The notes beneath the pieces are model-generated. The model was not told where the DNA came from. It was given only the letters and a program-made list of their open reading frames with translations, and did not search any database. DNA of 64,000 bases from an uncultured bacterium (lineage in GTDB: Bacteria; Verrucomicrobiota; Kiritimatiellia; RFP12; UBA1067). This document shows, piece by piece, positions 62,150 through 64,000 of the stretch. The position numbers and the translations under genes are program-made. Within the stretch, counting starts at the first letter, position 1; each line of letters begins with the position of its first letter. The stretch spans positions 15,165 through 79,164 of the forward strand of contig CACYNF010000001.1 in assembly GCA_902775595.1 (NCBI GenBank). The letters run 5' to 3'.

Positions 62150-64000
62150 TTACTCCTTGAAGAACTTGTTGATCTCATCCACCAGCAACCCCTGCCACTG
62201 ACCGCCCTTGTCTTCCTGCAGATAGAGGTAATCGTATTCGGGAAATCCGTTGCCGCCCTTGTTCTGCGCAAGGAAGGTCGTCTGCATAAACGCCTTGCGC
62301 GACTTGAACGCTGGATCATTGGCGTAGAGTTCGCCCTTGGTTTCGACAATCAGGCACTTGACGATCTTCTTACGCGCCTTGTCCCGCTGGATGATCAGGA
62401 AGTCGGGCGTGTACTGTCCGACGGACTGCTGGATGCCGCCGACCTTGCGATAGCAGCGGATGCGGAACTCGGTAAACGGCGCATCGCCGTTGTAGTAAAT
62501 CTCAAGATGCTTTGATTTCAGCTCGGCCGTGGCAATCGCCCGCTTGAAGAAGTCCCTCTCAAAGCCGCTGTCGGTCTTGTAGGGCAGATAGTGGTAAGAA
62601 TAATCCTTGGCGTTTGCGCCGGACTCTGCACGAGCGATCTTCTCACGATAAAGTGCTGCCGCATCTTCATCTTCCTCTGCGATGGCCTCTTCCAGTCGCT
62701 GACGCCACTTCTCGACATTCGGATTCGTCGTGACCGTGGAGATACCCTTCTCGTCATCGCGAATGATCTGTGCACATTCCTTTTGGTTGGGGAGATATGA
62801 CTTTTCGTCGGCGACAAGCTCCTCACGATGCTCATTCAGATACTGCACATTCAACAGCTTTGCATCAGTCGGAATTTCCTCCTCGTTGACCGTCAGCTTG
62901 CGGCTCGGCCAATAGGCGCGGCGAATTGCAGACCGAATTTCGTCTTGGCGATAGGATGCGGAAAGGACGCTATCACCATCCGAATCCTTGACCGAAATCA
63001 ATTTGAATATCTCACGGAGAATCTTGTCCTCGGCTTTCAATTCCGCAAGCTTAAGTACGCCAAAACTCTCCTTGCTGACCTCCGAAAGCCAAGCCGAATA
63101 GGACATGGCGAACGGACGATCGGCATAAGAGCCATGCGTCGTGGAAATGTCCTTTTTCGTGTCCTTGAAATCGCCGGTGGCGATGGTTTCCGTAGTGCGA
63201 AACCCCTTCAACTTGCGCTTCAAGGCCTTGAGGCGTTCTGCAACCGGAACCTTGTCCACGGCCACATCATCCCCATAGCTGACCTTCAGCTGGTAGAACG
63301 GCAATGTGGGCAGATCGAGCTTCGCCGTGCGGTCATAGCGCTTGATGAGAATACCGTCCGTCACGCCAGACTGGAAGGCCTGAAGAGTCGTGTGCTGCTG
63401 CTGCGCCAGCTGGTCTTCAAGATGCTTTCCGTTGGATGCGTTCAGATAGATCGAGGCCGACTCTTCCGCGGCATTCTCAACCTCTCGCATGCATCGGCAG
63501 GACGTCTGCAAGACCATCTTGCGCGGACAGTCGCCGTCCTGCGAAAGAATAACCCCGGCGAGGCTGCGGCAATCCCAGCCTTCCTTGCCGATCTGCACAA
63601 GCAACACGACACGCTTCTTAGAAAACGCAAAATCGAGCTGCTCGAATTCAAGCTGAGCACCCTCGGGTTCCTTATACTTGGCATTGCCCCGATGGTATTT
63701 GAGGATTGCAGTCGCCGGATCGAGTCCACAGCCTTTGACGATCTTCGCGACCTCGGGATAGACCTCTTCCTCCAACCGATCCACCCCTCCACAGTAAATG
63801 GCCAGCTTGGCGAAACAACCGTTCGCATATTTCTTGCGACCGAACCTCTCAAAGAACTCCTTGACGCCACGACGCACAATGGAAAGTGGCTGGGTGGCCC
63901 CGCTCACCACAGTCACAGTCGGCTTCTTGAGGAAATCACCGACACCACACACCAACGGATAATAGTAGACAGTGCTGGCGATCTCCTCCGTCTTAAACGC
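62150..64000 (-). CDS. Type III restriction enzyme Res subunit (C-terminal 617 aa; 5' end beyond the window)
   Basis: The frame stays open to position 64000. Helicase C-terminal motifs are present (VQIGKEGWDCRSL, LQTSCRCMR). A C-terminal PD-(D/E)xK motif reads YTPDFLIIQ...CLIVETKGE. The stop abuts mod. Confidence 0.75.
   Translation of the reverse strand, partial: AFKTEEIASTVYYYPLVCGVGDFLKKPTVTVVSGATQPLSIVRRGVKEFFERFGRKKYANGCFAKLAIYCGGVDRLEEEVYPEVAKIVKGCGLDPATAILKYHRGNAKYKEPEGAQLEFEQLDFAFSKKRVVLLVQIGKEGWDCRSLAGVILSQDGDCPRKMVLQTSCRCMREVENAAEESASIYLNASNGKHLEDQLAQQQHTTLQAFQSGVTDGILIKRYDRTAKLDLPTLPFYQLKVSYGDDVAVDKVPVAERLKALKRKLKGFRTTETIATGDFKDTKKDISTTHGSYADRPFAMSYSAWLSEVSKESFGVLKLAELKAEDKILREIFKLISVKDSDGDSVLSASYRQDEIRSAIRRAYWPSRKLTVNEEEIPTDAKLLNVQYLNEHREELVADEKSYLPNQKECAQIIRDDEKGISTVTTNPNVEKWRQRLEEAIAEEDEDAAALYREKIARAESGANAKDYSYHYLPYKTDSGFERDFFKRAIATAELKSKHLEIYYNGDAPFTEFRIRCYRKVGGIQQSVGQYTPDFLIIQRDKARKKIVKCLIVETKGELYANDPAFKSRKAFMQTTFLAQNKGGNGFPEYDYLYLQEDKGGQWQGLLVDEINKFFKE

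Larger units (their letters stand above)
50101..64000. other. lower-GC accessory / defence island (right end beyond the window)
   Basis: Composition changes abruptly, by eye, after the dnaG promoter region. The content is RM, HEPN, TOPRIM, PD-(D/E)xK, RhuM and ORF6N genes plus several truncated genes. No integrase or transposase is visible in the window. Confidence 0.7.

Noticed and set aside
50101-64000. Calling the island a prophage, ICE or integrative element
   Set aside because: No integrase, excisionase, transposase, conjugation or phage structural gene is visible, and no flanking tRNA. Only compositional and gene-content evidence supports it, so it is labelled a generic accessory island.

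Overview
High-GC bacterial chromosome segment. The gene content (many LamG/DUF2341/LTD surface giants, a GH109-like oxidoreductase, glycoside hydrolases) suggests a PVC-group organism such as Kiritimatiellota, Lentisphaerota or Verrucomicrobiota; this is inference only. All supported genes except one (phosphofructokinase) lie on the minus strand. Positions 1-49.6 kb are core genome: tdh-kbl, a pcnB-TPR-mlaEFD operon, three giant secreted proteins, lptF/G, gap, rpmB, rpsA, a GGQ rescue-factor-like gene, gatCA, a tolB-like gene, argJ, pfk, truA, an envelope cluster (secretin, DUF481, B12-radical SAM, manC), a GtrA/GH109-like/hydrolase cluster, a MoxR-DUF58-DUF4381 operon and dnaG. From about 50.1 kb to the window end the sequence is visibly lower in GC (judged by eye, not computed). 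It is a tightly packed minus-strand accessory or defence island holding RhuM, a DprA/SLOG-like + ORF6N + unknown three-gene operon, an ApeA-like HEPN protein + Card1/DUF1887-like nuclease, a LamG-fused ABC ATPase + DUF4435 (PARIS-like) pair directly behind a Type III res-mod pair, and several gene stubs (Fic-like, helicase, DUF262, AlbA_2-like). A perfect extended -10 box, TGGTATAAT, recurs 10 times, and six copies sit 7-10 nt from the ATG, which suggests leaderless mRNAs. I found no rRNA, tRNA, CRISPR array, integrase or transposase by eye. CDS coordinates follow the ORF-track frames, trimmed to the starts I consider likely. The track prints M for GTG and TTG starts. Motif coordinates read by eye may be off by 1-2 nt.
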